Assembly: GCA_025594325.1 (NCBI GenBank)
Contig: JANHCV010000005.1
Coordinates: 496,001 to 560,000, forward strand
Length of the DNA stretch: 64,000 bases
From: Blastocladiella emersonii ATCC 22665
Taxonomy: Eukaryota; Fungi; Blastocladiomycota
Direction: 5' to 3'
Position numbers and translations under genes: made by a program. The notes beneath the pieces are model-generated. The model was not told the DNA's origin and searched no databases. It saw nothing but the letters and a program-made list of their open reading frames with translations. The first letter of the stretch is position 1, and each line of letters starts with the position of its first letter. This document shows, in pieces, positions 10,048-21,781 of the stretch.

Positions 10048-12262
10048 GGCAAGGAATCTGCAGCGAAGCGCAAGCGGTTCCTCGTCATGAAGGCTGCGGA
10101 CTCGCTCAACAACTTTGACCACGCGACTCGCGGCAAGGAGTGGACGGAGGCGGAGCAGCGCACCAAGCACACGCCCGCGTACGCGAGCCTCGCGCTGGTT
10201 TCGCTCAAGTTCAACCTGAACAAGGAGCAGCACCGCGCGTTCGTGCACTTCATCATGCCGCTCATCGCCTAGTTCATCGGCGGCGACAGCGGTATCGCCG
10301 AGGCCGCCGCGTCATCGGATCCAGGCGCGCTCGCGTCAGGCCGCGGCCGGCCAAACGCACCAGCTCTCGCCTCGCTTCCGCCCATGAGCAAGGATCGCTC
10401 GCCGATCATTCTCACCGGCTCGGGCGGCACGGGCAAGTCGCGCGTCATTGACGCGATCCGGTACTTTCTCGCGTCCTGGAACCGCGAAAAGTGCATGATG
10501 GTCGTGGCCATGACGGGCATTGCGGCCGCCAACATTGGCGTTACCACCATCCACGCCGCGTTCCAGCTCTCGCTCAAGGGGGAGACTCTCAGCCCCGACA
10601 TCAAGCGCCTCCGCACCGACTCGGCTGTCGCCAGCGCGTGGCAAGGACGTCACGCCGTGACCATCGACGAGTTCTCCATGTGCGACGCAGCTGCTCGGAC
10701 GGGTCGACGCGAGCCTTCGCGACCTGCGTCGGTGCGACGAGCCGTTTGGCGGCTGCATTGTCATGCTCGCCGGCGACCATTTGCAGCTTCGACCAGTGAA
10801 CGGCACGGCGCTGTTCCAGCTACCCGAGGTGCTCGACAATGCGCCAGACTCGTTCTTCGAGCGGCTGCTCGCGTACGACACCACGGGCGCGAAAAAAAAA
10901 AAACAAAAGCACTCGGGCCAGCTCGCGTACTGGCGTGCGCGACGTGTCGTTCGACTCGTGCGCAGCAACCGGTTCGTCAACGGCCCATCACGGGGCAGGT
11001 GTCTCGACGCGTTCCGCCTCGACAAGGTCCCCGACGAGCTGCGCCGCCTGCTCGACTCGCGCACGACCGCTCGCCTGCGCCAGTCGAGCGACGACCAGGG
11101 CAACAACGAGCTCAAGAAGATCCGCCAGACGCGCGGGCTCACAGTCATTGCGCCCGACAACTACACGCGTCACACCTTCAACCTGCTGTACACGCGGCTC
11201 GCCGCTGCGGTCCCAGAACGCGTCGTGTTTCAGATCAAGGCCAGCATCACGCGCAAGAAGGAGCGAAACGGCGCAACCGTCCGCCTCCCGATTGGCGAAA
11301 GGGACCTGTTCCGTCTCGCCGAGGAGCCCCACTCGATCACTCGTTTGCCAACCATCCTCGAGGTCTTTGTCGGCATGGAAGTGCGCGTCAAGGTCAACCA
11401 GTGCGTCGAGAAGGGGTGCGCGAATGGCGCTATCGGCGTCGTGCACCACATCGACTGGTTTCCGGGCACGACGTTTACCGAGGCCGGCTCGCGCATGTAC
11501 CGCCCATCGCGGGAGCCACATACTGTGTGGATCGACCTGCCCGACGCGCCGCCTGGCCCTCGGTTTCCTGGCATGCCGGCCGATTGGCCAGACACGGTCA
11601 TCCCGCTCGCCGTGCACTCGGACGACTTTCTCTACAAGGAGGGCGGTATGACGTCGCGCGAGCGAACCGAACTCAAGACACCCGAGTCCAGCGCACTGTG
11701 CGCCAAGATGGTCAAGAACGTCGATACTCACAAGCAGTACAAGGACCACGAAAAGGTCAAGATCAAGCAGTTCCCAATCGTGCCCGCCTTTGCGATGACG
11801 GTGCACGGGGTCCAAGGCGTGACCAAGAACGCCATCATCTTGACGGATCCGTGCCCAGCTGGCTCGTCTGGATCCATCAACGGGTCGTCGCTGTACGTTG
11901 CGCTCTCGCGGCTCCGCGAGAGCGCGTTTCTGTGGGTTCTCCATCCGATCCCGGACAGCGTGTACGACGCCATGGTCCCTGATCCGCAGGCCGTGGCCGA
12001 AGACTTGCGGCTCCAGGCGCTAGACGTGTTGACTGAGGGCGCGTTCGCTCACGGACAAACCGTTGCGCACAACCACCCCCGAGCCGCGGAGCTCTTTTGC
12101 CACGCGATGCAAGAGCACCGCCAGATCAAGAGCGACAAGGAGGCGAAGCAGAAGGCGCGCGACCCAGAGTACTCAAGGCGGTATCGCGAGCGTAAGCGCG
12201 AGCAGAAGCGCGCTCCAGAACTGCATGAGCAGCGGCGGAGCAAGAGGCTTCGCGAGATTTAG
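10048..12262 (+). pseudogene. PIF1-family SF1B DNA helicase, disrupted
   Basis: Motifs LNKEQHRAF, GSGGTGKS, AMTGIAAANIGVTTIH, DEFSM, PFGG, GDHLQLRPV, QFPIVPAFAMTVH..QG, LYVALSR. In-frame TAG at 10270-10272 and a frameshift near 10690. Confidence 0.9.
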
Positions 12263-12667
12263 TGTAAGATTTCATTTGTAGTGTAATAAAGTATGCTTAG
12301 CTGCTTTCAATTCTTTTGGTGTGTGATGGGAACAGAGATGCGACTCCATAATGACGCGCGACTGTCAGCGGTACAAAACCTCCCGCGTGTGCCGTGCTCC
12401 AACGTGGCGGAGGGCTTTAGCCCTCGATAGAAGACCAGACGCGAAGCGTCTCGGTGTTTCAAGTAAAATCTAGTTCGCGGTGCCGGCAGTACTGGGATCA
12501 TGATGGAGAACTTGATCGCCGTGATCGGCGACGTGCTCACGCGGTGCGGCTCGAAGGCGAAACGTCTGCGGGATGACCGCCGCGACCGACCACGCCTTCC
12601 CGCCCTCCCCTCTCGCCTTCTCCCTCAGCAACCCCGCTTCTGCAACGTAACCTGCTGAAACGCAACC

Positions 12668-13845
12668 ATGTCACTGCTCCGAAACGTCTGCGCCGCCTTT
12701 GAGCGCTTTGCGCCGCTGCGCCTCGCCGAGACGTCGTGGGACAACGTCGGCGTGCTGCTCGAGGGTACCACGGCGACCCTGCGGCTTCCTAAACTACGAC
12801 AACGACAAGGCGCTGACTCCACTGTGTTGCTAGCCCCGTACCCGCGCGAGGCCACCAACAAGGTCTTCCTCACCATCGACCTGACGCCGCAGGTCCTTGA
12901 CGAGGCGCTCGCCCACGACGACCTTGGCGGTACGGATCCCGCTTCCTGCTCACGCCCCTCCCACGCTGGTTCTCATTCGTCTTTCGCGGCTCTAGTCATC
13001 ATCGCGTACCACCCGACCATCTTCCGGTTCGTCTCGCCTTTTCCGCTCTCGCGAGAACAGCGACACTGACCGCGCCCCCTCGCACGCACACATTTAGCGG
13101 CTGGAAGCGCCTCAACCTCGCGACCGGGCCCAACCCGAACCCCGAGGCCGTCAAGCAGGAGATGATCCTCAAGCTCGCCGCCAAGGGCGTCTCGCTCTTC
13201 TGCCCACACACGGCGCTCGACAGCACTACCGGCGGGAGTACGAGTCTCCTCTTCACGTCCCGGCCTCGCTACGCACACACTCACTCGACTTGCCCGGTAT
13301 AGTCAACGACTGGCTCGCGTCGGGCCTCACCTCGCTCGGCGTCCAGTCCGTCACGCCGATCGTGCCGACGGCCGACTCGACGCCCGCCGCGCTGCAGGGC
13401 CAGGGCCGCATCGTGACGCTCGCGTCGCCCAAGCCGCTCGCCGACGTGGTCGCCGCGATCAAGAAGCACCTGCAGCTCCCGCACGGTACGTCCTCTACCC
13501 TTCAACCTCCACCTCCCCCCACACCACTAACAGCCCCCTCCCGTAGTCCGCGTCGCGACGTCGCCAACCGCGCACCTCGTCTCGACCATCGCCATGTGCG
13601 CGGGGTCGGGCATCTCGGTGCTGTCGCAGGCCAAGTCGCAGCCGGACGTGTACTGGACGGGCGAAATGAGCCACCACGACGTGCTGGCGGCGGTGCAGAG
13701 CCGCACTCACGTGGTGCTGTGCGAGCACACCAACACGGAGCGCGGGTTCCTCGCCGCGGTCCTGCGCGACCGCCTGCGCAAGGAGATCCCGGGCATCGAG
13801 GTCGTGGTGAGTAAGGTCGACGCGGACCCGCTCCTCGTGCAGTAA
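12668..13845 (+). CDS. NIF3: NIF3-like protein (GTP cyclohydrolase 1 type 2 family), multi-exon
   Basis: Motifs AETSWDNVGVLL, TIDLT, AYHP.IF, HTALD, MCAGSG, TGEMSHH, EHTNTERGFL; GT-AG introns. Confidence 0.93.
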
Positions 13846-13902
13846 GCGGGAGAACGAGAGGGTGATATACACGTGTATTGGCTGGTCACAGGAAGAGGGA
13901 AA

Positions 13903-15623
13903 CTACTGCTGCGTGGGAGTGGAGGCGGGCTTGGGCTTCAGGTCAAAGATGACGGGCTTCCGCAGCCCCGCGGCAATGGTCGACTCGGGTCCGGGCGTAT
14001 GCGGCGTGCCGGCCACAGCCTTGGACGCGTTCGTGTCGGCCGCCTGCTGCTTCTTCTCCTCGGCGTTGGTGGCCGAGATGCTAAACACACAGCGGACAGA
14101 GTTAGCATCGATCGATTCCACGTCACCCTCGCCATCTCGCACGATACGCACTTGCGCAGCAGATCGAACCGGGGCAGAATGCGGCTGGCAATGTACACGT
14201 CGCCGGGCCCCGTGAGCTCGACGAGCTCCTCCTGGCCGAGCGCCCAGTACTGGACCTTGGACCGCGCGCGCTTGGCGACCCCGCGCAGCGTCACGCCCAG
14301 GTCGCCCGCCATCTCGCGGAACACCTGCACCGTGCGCACCCACGGCGTCACCTGCCCCGACAGCGTCGGCGCTACGGCGGCGGTGCCGTCGCTGTCGGTC
14401 ACAGGGGCGGTGGTGGTGGTCGCGACCGCCAAAGAGGACTCGGAACCCACCGCCGCGGTGCCCTTACCCGTCGCGACGTCCGCGGGCACGGCCTCGGGCG
14501 TCATGCCCGTGTCCCACGCGATGAGGTACTTGGGGCTGATGCGGTACGTTTCTCCGGCGGCGAGGACGAGGCGGTAGAGCCCGCCGTACGTGGTGATAGC
14601 GAGCTTGCCCTTGCCCGCGGCGCGGTAGTGGACGATCCCCGTGTCGGTGGTCAGGGACAGGTTGCCGAGGCGCATGCCGAGCGAGACCCCACCCGTCGAC
14701 GCGAGGTACGCGTGGCGGCGGACGTAGTACTCGGCGGACCCGTCCATGTCGAGGACGGCGACGTCTCCGATGCCCTTGGGCGCGATCAGCACGTCGCCCG
14801 ACTCGGCGCGCGGCGTCGAGAAGACCTGGAAGAAGAACGGGCCGCCCTGCAGCGCGCGCATTGCCGAGTGGAACGGGCCGCCCGACGCCGACACGAACGT
14901 CGTGATGTTCGCCGACTGGCCCACGTTCGTCCCCTTCTGCGCGTACACCTTGGTGCCCGGAGGTATGCTCGCGACCAGCATCGCGCCCAGACCCGCGCTC
15001 ACGACCGAGAACTCGGGCGACTGCTGCCGCTGCACCACGGCCTGCACCGCCGCGTTGCCCGCCGTCGCGGCGGTCGTGTCGGCGTGCTCAATCGTCACCT
15101 ATTCCGGGGGGAAGAGATCAGCACCCGTGTGCCTACACGGGGTCCCGGTCTGGCGTACCACGGTCGGCGCATCCCCGGCCTTACCCGCATCGACAGCCGC
15201 GGGCGTGATACTCGCGATCCCGGCGACGTGCGCGTCGGTCCCGGCCACCGCGTCGGCGGCACTCCGGATCGCCGGCTGCACGCGGGCGAGCGACGACCAG
15301 AACCCGTCGCGGATCGACTGCGCGGTCGCGGCGGCGCGGCGCGCGTTGAGCCAGTCGAGCGCCGACTGTCCGGCCGCGGGCGCAGCTTCGGGCGCAGCTT
15401 GCTGCTGGTTGGCAGTGTTGCCGGACAGCGACACGGTGCCTGTCGCGCCGGCCGCGGGCGTCGTGGCGGCAGCGGCGGCAGCGGCGGGCTTGGGGGCGCC
15501 GGCCTGCGACAGCTCGGCGGCGAGCGGGCGCGCGGCGTGGAAGGCGCGGGCCGCCGCGACCGAAGCCGCGGGGGCGGCGAGGCGCCGTTGCATCAGGTTG
15601 GACGTGCGCAGCATGAGCGCCAT
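13903..15623 (-). CDS. AIM24: Mitochondrial AIM24-family protein
   Basis: Presequence-like N-terminus; AIM24-like body (RALQGGPFFFQVF, YVRRHAYLAS, GKGKLAITTYGG, GPGDVYIASR); introns 15099-15158 and 14081-14151. Confidence 0.85.
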
Positions 15624-15782
15624 GGCGTGGGTGAGGGAGATCACGGCTGGCTGGTCGGGGCGACCTCAAGGAGAGTTGAGGGATCGCCGCGCCTGCCACC
15701 CGTTTCAGCCGTCACTCGCACATGTGCTCCGCGTCTCCTGTGGTGGTGTGCAAAGGTATGGTATATTGTGCGTGAGCGCGTG

Positions 15783-17795
15783 CTAGAACGCGGCCAGCTC
15801 GTCGGCGTCGTCCGTGACGGGCAGCTTCGCGACGGCGCGCACCGCCGACGACGGCGGGCGGCACGGCGTGACGGGTTTCCGCGTGGTGCTGGACAGCGGC
15901 GTCGTGGGGGTCGCGACGCGCCAGATCTTGCGGCTGCTTCTGCTGCCTTCGGGGGTCGCGGTGGTCGACGGGCGCGAGCGTTTCTGCGGGGCTGGCAAGA
16001 GCAGCTCGTCCTCGAGGTCCAGGTCGAGGAGGTCGCACTTTTCGCGGGCACGGCGCACAGGGCGGGACGGGGTCGCGCGGTGCGGGGTTGCTGGGACGGC
16101 AGCGGGCGCGGTCTTGGGCCGTGGTTGTGGTTTCCTACCCGCAGTAGAGGCGTGAGTTACCAAAGAACCACTCGCAACAGGGACCCCTCGCACGTACCGC
16201 CGCGGTATCGGCACCACCGTCACAAGCTCGTCCTCCTCGACCTTCCTCTCGACCACCAGCGGACTCTCAAACCGCACCTTCAGCCCCACCCTCGGCCCCC
16301 GCGCCGCCTCGTCCGCCTCCACCAAGTCCATCTCGAGGTCCGTGAGCCACTGCGACAGCGCGAGCGCGGTCATCCCGGCACGCCGGTCCTCGCCAATCGC
16401 GTCGTCCAAGAGGTACCGCACGATCGGAAGCGTGTGCGCGTCGAGCCCGTGCGCCTGCTGCAGGTGCCGTGCGACGCGGACCCACGCCGTCGGGTGCGAC
16501 GCGCGGTACAGGGGCGCGAGGTCCGGGAACGGCGCGCGGAGAGCGCGTAAGGCTGAGAGCGACGTGTGTGGGCGGAAGTCGGGCCAGGTGAGACATAGAA
16601 GCACGAGGGTGGCCGGGTATACGGCGGCAAGCAGGCGCGAGTTCGCGGACTTGTTGGCGAGGACCCGCGCAAGCGATGAGTCAAGCTGACGCAGGGTGGC
16701 GACCTGGAAAGCGCACGCCGTTGGCTCCTGCCCGTGCGTCGTCAGGACGCCGACCAAGATCTCGGCAAACGCGGCCATGTGCAGGTGCGGGCAGTCCGCG
16801 GCCGGCATGAGGGCAAGGAAGCGTGCGAACGCGGTGCCGGCGTACACGAGGGCGGCCGCGGGATGCGTATCAGCGAGGTGCTTGGCAAGCTGCACGAAAG
16901 TCACGCGCTCAAGGTACGCCGCGTCGTCAAACGACTCCGCAAGCTTCGCCGCGCACGCGAGCGGGCACCCGAGATCGATAGCGAACGCGAACGCCGAAGT
17001 GAGAAAGTCGAGCGACAGCGCCGCCGGCTCCGCGACTGCGGCCGCGAACAGGCAGCGGAACTGGTACGCGCACCGCTGCTCGGCGCACACGTGCATGAGA
17101 CCGAGAAGCGCGGTCGGAGCGTGCACGTTTTCGATACAAAGCTTCGTGCCGTGCTGAAGAAGAATCAGGCTCCGGTACTGCAGCGGGAGCTCCTGGTACA
17201 GGTCCTCGAGAGACTCGCCGTCCGCGTTGCTGTTACAGCCGGCAAAGAGATCGCCTGCGGCAAACGCCGCGAGTTTCGAAAGCGCAAGCGGGCCGGATGT
17301 TGGGCGAGTGCGAGAAGTCCGCCACGTGCGCGTCACCAGCTCACGGTACCCGTCGTGGACCGACTGGACCGTGGGCTGCAGGTCGGCCGGAACGCGGCAC
17401 CCGCGCTGCGTCGAAGCTGCGCTACCCGAGACCACGCTGAGAAGCTGGAACGTCGGCGTCGACTCGGGCGTACGCATGGGCGGTGGCAGCTCGGGCGGCG
17501 TCAGTGAGCGTTTTGAGCGAAGCGTCCTCTGTGATGCTGGTTCGGGCCCCGATTGGGTGGCACCAGTGCCAAGCTGGTTCGTGGGAATGTGTCGGCGCGG
17601 CGTGAACGGGTCGAGCATCTCGCGCAGGGCGGAGGGCGCAGACTCGGTCGCGCGCTTGAAGTGCGCGAGCTTGCCGGTCAGCGGGCGCAACATGCGGCTC
17701 AGTTTGGGCGTCGAGATGACGATGGGCGGGGTCGGCGGGACCGTGGCGCGGGCGGCGGGCCGCATAGGCGTGCGGAAGCATGCGTCGTCGGTCAT
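15783..17795 (-). CDS. Hypothetical protein (about 650-670 aa) with a helical middle region
   Basis: Long ORF with host codon bias; probable start MTDDACF; possible in-frame intron near 16140-16200. Confidence 0.6.
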   Translation of the reverse strand: MTDDACFRTPMRPAARATVPPTPPIVISTPKLSRMLRPLTGKLAHFKRATESAPSALREMLDPFTPRRHIPTNQLGTGATQSGPEPASQRTLRSKRSLTPPELPPPMRTPESTPTFQLLSVVSGSAASTQRGCRVPADLQPTVQSVHDGYRELVTRTWRTSRTRPTSGPLALSKLAAFAAGDLFAGCNSNADGESLEDLYQELPLQYRSLILLQHGTKLCIENVHAPTALLGLMHVCAEQRCAYQFRCLFAAAVAEPAALSLDFLTSAFAFAIDLGCPLACAAKLAESFDDAAYLERVTFVQLAKHLADTHPAAALVYAGTAFARFLALMPAADCPHLHMAAFAEILVGVLTTHGQEPTACAFQVATLRQLDSSLARVLANKSANSRLLAAVYPATLVLLCLTWPDFRPHTSLSALRALRAPFPDLAPLYRASHPTAWVRVARHLQQAHGLDAHTLPIVRYLLDDAIGEDRRAGMTALALSQWLTDLEMDLVEADEAARGPRVGLKVRFESPLVVERKVEEDELVTVVPIPRRYVRGVPVASGSLVTHASTAGRKPQPRPKTAPAAVPATPHRATPSRPVRRAREKCDLLDLDLEDELLLPAPQKRSRPSTTATPEGSRSSRKIWRVATPTTPLSSTTRKPVTPCRPPSSAVRAVAKLPVTDDADELAAF

Positions 17796-18418
17796 CGTGG
17801 ATGCAAGCGGGCTGGGTATCTCGGGGCGATGAGAGCGTGGAGTGCGAGACGTTTGCGATGAGTCTACGGGCTGCGATACATTGCAATGGGCGAGGTGTGA
17901 AGACTCGGCGAGAGAGGGGGCGGGCGCAACGAGATCGGCACGCCCGTGGTGTCTCACCTCGGCCATCAGGTGACGGAAACGCGTCTCGCACTTGGCGACG
18001 CGTCTCGCGCCCTTTTTTTCTTGTCCGCGCGCACACGCCGGCGCGCATGCATTATCACGCACGCCAGCTCACCGCGGAGGGGATACGAGCAATGCTGGTC
18101 GACGACCTGCCTGCCCATGACCCTCGCGAGCGTGCCGTCGTCCTCCACACGCACGCCCCGACTCCTGATCGACTCTTGGGCCCCGCACAGTCTCCCTCCA
18201 CCATCTCTACCGCACCCGCCGCCGTGCGGGTGTTCTGCGCTCCACGTCCCCATGATACTCGCATGCAGCCACCGTGGTCGTCGATGATAACTTGCCACAA
18301 CTCGGCGCAACAACACCCCCGCGCTCGACGGTCGCTGCACTGCTGCTGCCCGACCCGTCGATATCTACTCGCACTCGCCACTGGGTGTCTCCCATTGTGA
18401 AACTCCACACACTCTACT

Positions 18419-19727
18419 ATGAACGGCAACGGCGGCCTCCACTTCCACCTGAGCGGGACCAGCATCCGACTCGGCGACCGCAACGGCGGCGGTGGCGCTG
18501 CCGCCACGGATGGCCGCGGTCCCGCCGCTGCACCTCGCGCCGGCTGCGCTGCCGGCGGAGCGAGCACACGCACCCGCGCGCCACCACCACCCCCACCACG
18601 ATCCTCGGCCAAACCCGACCCGCCGTCGCCCGACGACCGGCCGCGGTTCGATGCCGACTACCACAAGAACCCGGCGCGCGTCGCGTGGATCACGCCCGAG
18701 TTCCCGACTCGCCACCGGCTACCTCGCGCCGGTAGCGGCAGCGGGGCCAACGGCAGCGGCAGCGACCTGTCGTCCGCGGCGCCGCCGGCCGCTGAACCTG
18801 CCGCCGTGACGCACCCGCCCGCGCCGCCGCCATCACACCACCGGCACCACCACCATCACCACCACGCCGCCAAGGACGATGCGCCGCTCCCGACGCCGCC
18901 GTACTCGCCCATCTACGATGCGGGCGCGGGCGACACGCTCGACTCGCCGTCGTCCTCATCCTCGTCGGGATCCGACCCCGCACCGCCGCGGCCCGCGGCG
19001 GCCAAGCGCCCACCCGCGCGCGCGCCGTACTACGACTGGAAGCACCTCAAGCAGCAGACGCACCGGCGAAATACGGAGCAGTGGGCCATGGAGACGATCG
19101 TGATCCGGCGGCTGCGGTACCTGGTCGACCACCTCGACGAGCTCAACGGCGAGCATGTCCCGCTGCTCTCGTCGCTCGAGACGAGGTATGATGCCGCGCG
19201 TCCGCCCTCCCCGCAACGCTAACGCCCGATCTCTCCGTAGCGGCGTCTCGCCCGCGCAGATCCAGCAATACTTCCCGTACGTGCACTCGGTGCACGACCT
19301 GAAAGTGCACCTGACGGCCCTCCTCGCCGAGCGGCACCCGCACGCCGAGGCGCCGTACATCGACGGGTCGCGCCCGCCGCGGTCGCTGACGGAGCGCGAC
19401 CCCGCCAAGCACGTCCCCGACTACCCTCCCGGAAAGCCGTCGATCGCGCGCCGCCAGTACGGCCACACGCAGCCGCTCGTCACCCCGCTCGCCGTCCTCA
19501 AGATCGTCGAGCAGTTCCACCCCGTCGCACAGGCTGTGGCTACGGCGAACGGACCTGTCCCGCAGCCCCAGCCGCCGCCGCCGCCGAGGCAGGGTGGAGG
19601 GACGCGGTCCAAGGCGCGACCGCCGGACGCTGCAGCCGCGGCCGCGGTGGGGGTAGCGGCGACGGCGAGGGGACCGGGCAAGTCGGCGAGGTCGGTGGCG
19701 GTCCCGGGAGGAGGAGCAAGGCCATAG
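18419..19727 (+). CDS. Hypothetical Pro/His-rich protein, one intron near 19186-19240
   Basis: ORFs 18419-19222 and 19155-19727 can be joined by a GT-AG intron; host codon bias. Confidence 0.6.
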
Positions 19728-19842
19728 CCCGCCGCGTGCGCGTCGTGGGGGGTTCAGATAAGAAAAAAAGTATTGATTGCATTGTACAAACCGCTCGTCG
19801 CCGATATGAGATGATGATGATGATGATGATGGTAAACCCGAG

Positions 19843-20746
19843 CTACTGGCCCTTACCCTCGTCCTCGGACGAGTCGGACTCTTCCTCTTCGCTCTCATGC
19901 TTAATCCCGAGCCGTTCCGAGAGCGACTGGGGCTTCGGCCCTGCCCGCCCCGCAGCTGGCGCCGCCGCGCGGCGTGGTTCCGGCGCAGGTGGTGCGGGCG
20001 CAGGCGCGCGAGCGGCAGGCGCCCGTGGTGGTGGTGGCGGGAGCGGCGGACTGGTCGCGCGGCGCGCGGTGCTCTGCGGCGACGGGTCGTACAGGCCCTC
20101 CTCGTCGTCCGACAGATCGGTGCCGCGCGAATACGGCGTCGACGCGTCCACGTCCATGTCATCGGCGCCGCCGTTGGTGGTGTGCGTCGCGTGTCCGTTC
20201 GCGGCAGCCGGCGCGGATACAGGCGAAACGGCGCGCCGGTGCGCGTGCCGCAGCGCGATGCGCTCGATGGTGAAGATCTACCCATGACTGCAGGTCAGCA
20301 ACGCGCGCGAGAGGATGGGCGGGAGGGCGAGGCGGCGCACCTGGCTCGCCGGGTCGTAGATCAACACGCATTCCGAGTCGACGGGTTCCGGGTTGCCCGA
20401 GCTCACGTACCGCTCGCGGCTGCCGGTATCGCCCTACATCCACACGCAACCGCGTGAGTTCCCGTCGCGGCAAGTGCGAGAAGGAGCATGCGGCGCACCG
20501 AGGTGACGACGACCGACGCATCCGCCAGCCCGTTCCCGCCCATCTCGAGGTCAATGTCGGCCGGGTTGGTTGCCGGGACTAGAAACCGTGGCCGTCAGCG
20601 TTCCATCCTCGCGACATCGCATCAACCGCCTGCCTACCATCGACGATTTCAACGCCCGGCGCGCCCCGCAGGAACGAGCGCCCGACGGTAAAGGTGAATG
20701 CCCTGCTGGTGGCTTTTCCTTTCTCTGCCATGGAGAGTTGTTGCAT
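19843..20746 (-). CDS. EAF (ELL-associated factor)-like transcription elongation protein, multi-exon
   Basis: Spliced reading gives VGRSF... and ECVLIYDPASQ/IFTIERI, resembling the EAF domain; acidic C-terminus. Confidence 0.65.
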
Positions 20747-21028
20747 CGAGTCCGCCCGCAGCGGAGGTTTGCGGGGACAGGGAGAGAGGACGAGGGGACT
20801 CGAGGAAAACGAAGGCAGGCCGGCGAACGAGAAGAAAAGGGAGACGGTCAGCTGACGAACGTGATGTCTCGCACTCTTCCGCGACGCGTCGCGCACCCGG
20901 TGCGAGACACCGGGGACCGGTTGCCTTGTTCGGCCAAAGCGCTTTTCTCAACGCGACGAGCGCGCGTTGCTTCTCCTCCCTCCCCCTCAAATCATAGAAG
21001 AACTAGATAGATAGACTAGACCGATACC

Positions 21029-21748
21029 ATGAAGCTCCTGCCTTTGCTCCTCCTCGCGCTCGCCCTCGCGACCACCGCGCACGCCGCGCCCGCGCGCACG
21101 GGCCCCATTGCGACCAAGTCGGACCCGCCCGTCGTGACCGACCAGTCCCCTCCCCCGGCGCAGCCGCCCGTCGACCAGCTGATCCACTTCAAGTCGTACG
21201 AGTGGCACCGGACGCGGTCGGGCACTCCGCTCATCTCGCTCGACGTGCCGGGCCAGCGCGCCGTCGCGCACGCGCTCGCCGTCTTCACGCTGCACAACGA
21301 CCTCGAGATGGCGCTCGAGGTCAATGCGCTCTCGCTCAATGGCGCGGTCGTCGTGCCCAGCGACAACGCCGCCGTGCCGCTCCCATTCGCCGCCGGCCGC
21401 ATCGACCGCACGCTGCCGCGCATCCTGCCCAAGACCGAGGCCGAGATCGCGGTGCCCGTCAACATCACGTTGCCGCTCGACGCGGGGGCGCCGCTCGTCG
21501 CCGCGATGCGCGTGTGGTGCGCGCCGCCGACGCGCGAGGCGGGCGAGCTCATCAACGACGCCGCGGCGGGAGCGGACCCCGCGGTCCCGGCGCCACCCGG
21601 CTTCGCCACGGTGTGGTCGGGCACCGCGACGCTGACGGCGTACCCGGGTAACTTCCTGGGCATCGACATCCCGCTGGTCCAGGAGAAGCCGATCGCGGGC
21701 GTGCGCCTGACGCTGCCGTGTCCCGCGCTCGTGGATCTGCTGCAGTAA
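21029..21748 (+). CDS. Secreted protein, 239 aa, beta-rich domain of unknown function
   Basis: Clear signal peptide MKLLPLLLLALALATTAHA; intronless ORF. Confidence 0.8.
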   Translation: MKLLPLLLLALALATTAHAAPARTGPIATKSDPPVVTDQSPPPAQPPVDQLIHFKSYEWHRTRSGTPLISLDVPGQRAVAHALAVFTLHNDLEMALEVNALSLNGAVVVPSDNAAVPLPFAAGRIDRTLPRILPKTEAEIAVPVNITLPLDAGAPLVAAMRVWCAPPTREAGELINDAAAGADPAVPAPPGFATVWSGTATLTAYPGNFLGIDIPLVQEKPIAGVRLTLPCPALVDLLQ

Positions 21749-21781
21749 CCGAGAAAATATATATACCACACTGTGCCGTTT

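Larger units (their letters stand above)
9215..12427. mobile_element. Putative PIF1-helicase-carrying DNA element (Helitron-like or TIR-type) bounded by 18-bp inverted repeats
   Basis: TCGAGGGCTAAAGCCCTC at 9215-9232 and its exact reverse complement at 12410-12427 enclose a helicase pseudogene. No TSD or Rep/transposase seen. Confidence 0.45.

Noticed and set aside
14628-16550. Long antisense or alternate-frame ORFs (also 26011-27498, 36786-37847, 47197-49167, 53413-56532)
   Set aside because: Expected shadows of GC3-rich coding sequence on the opposite strand; the real genes carry the conserved motifs.
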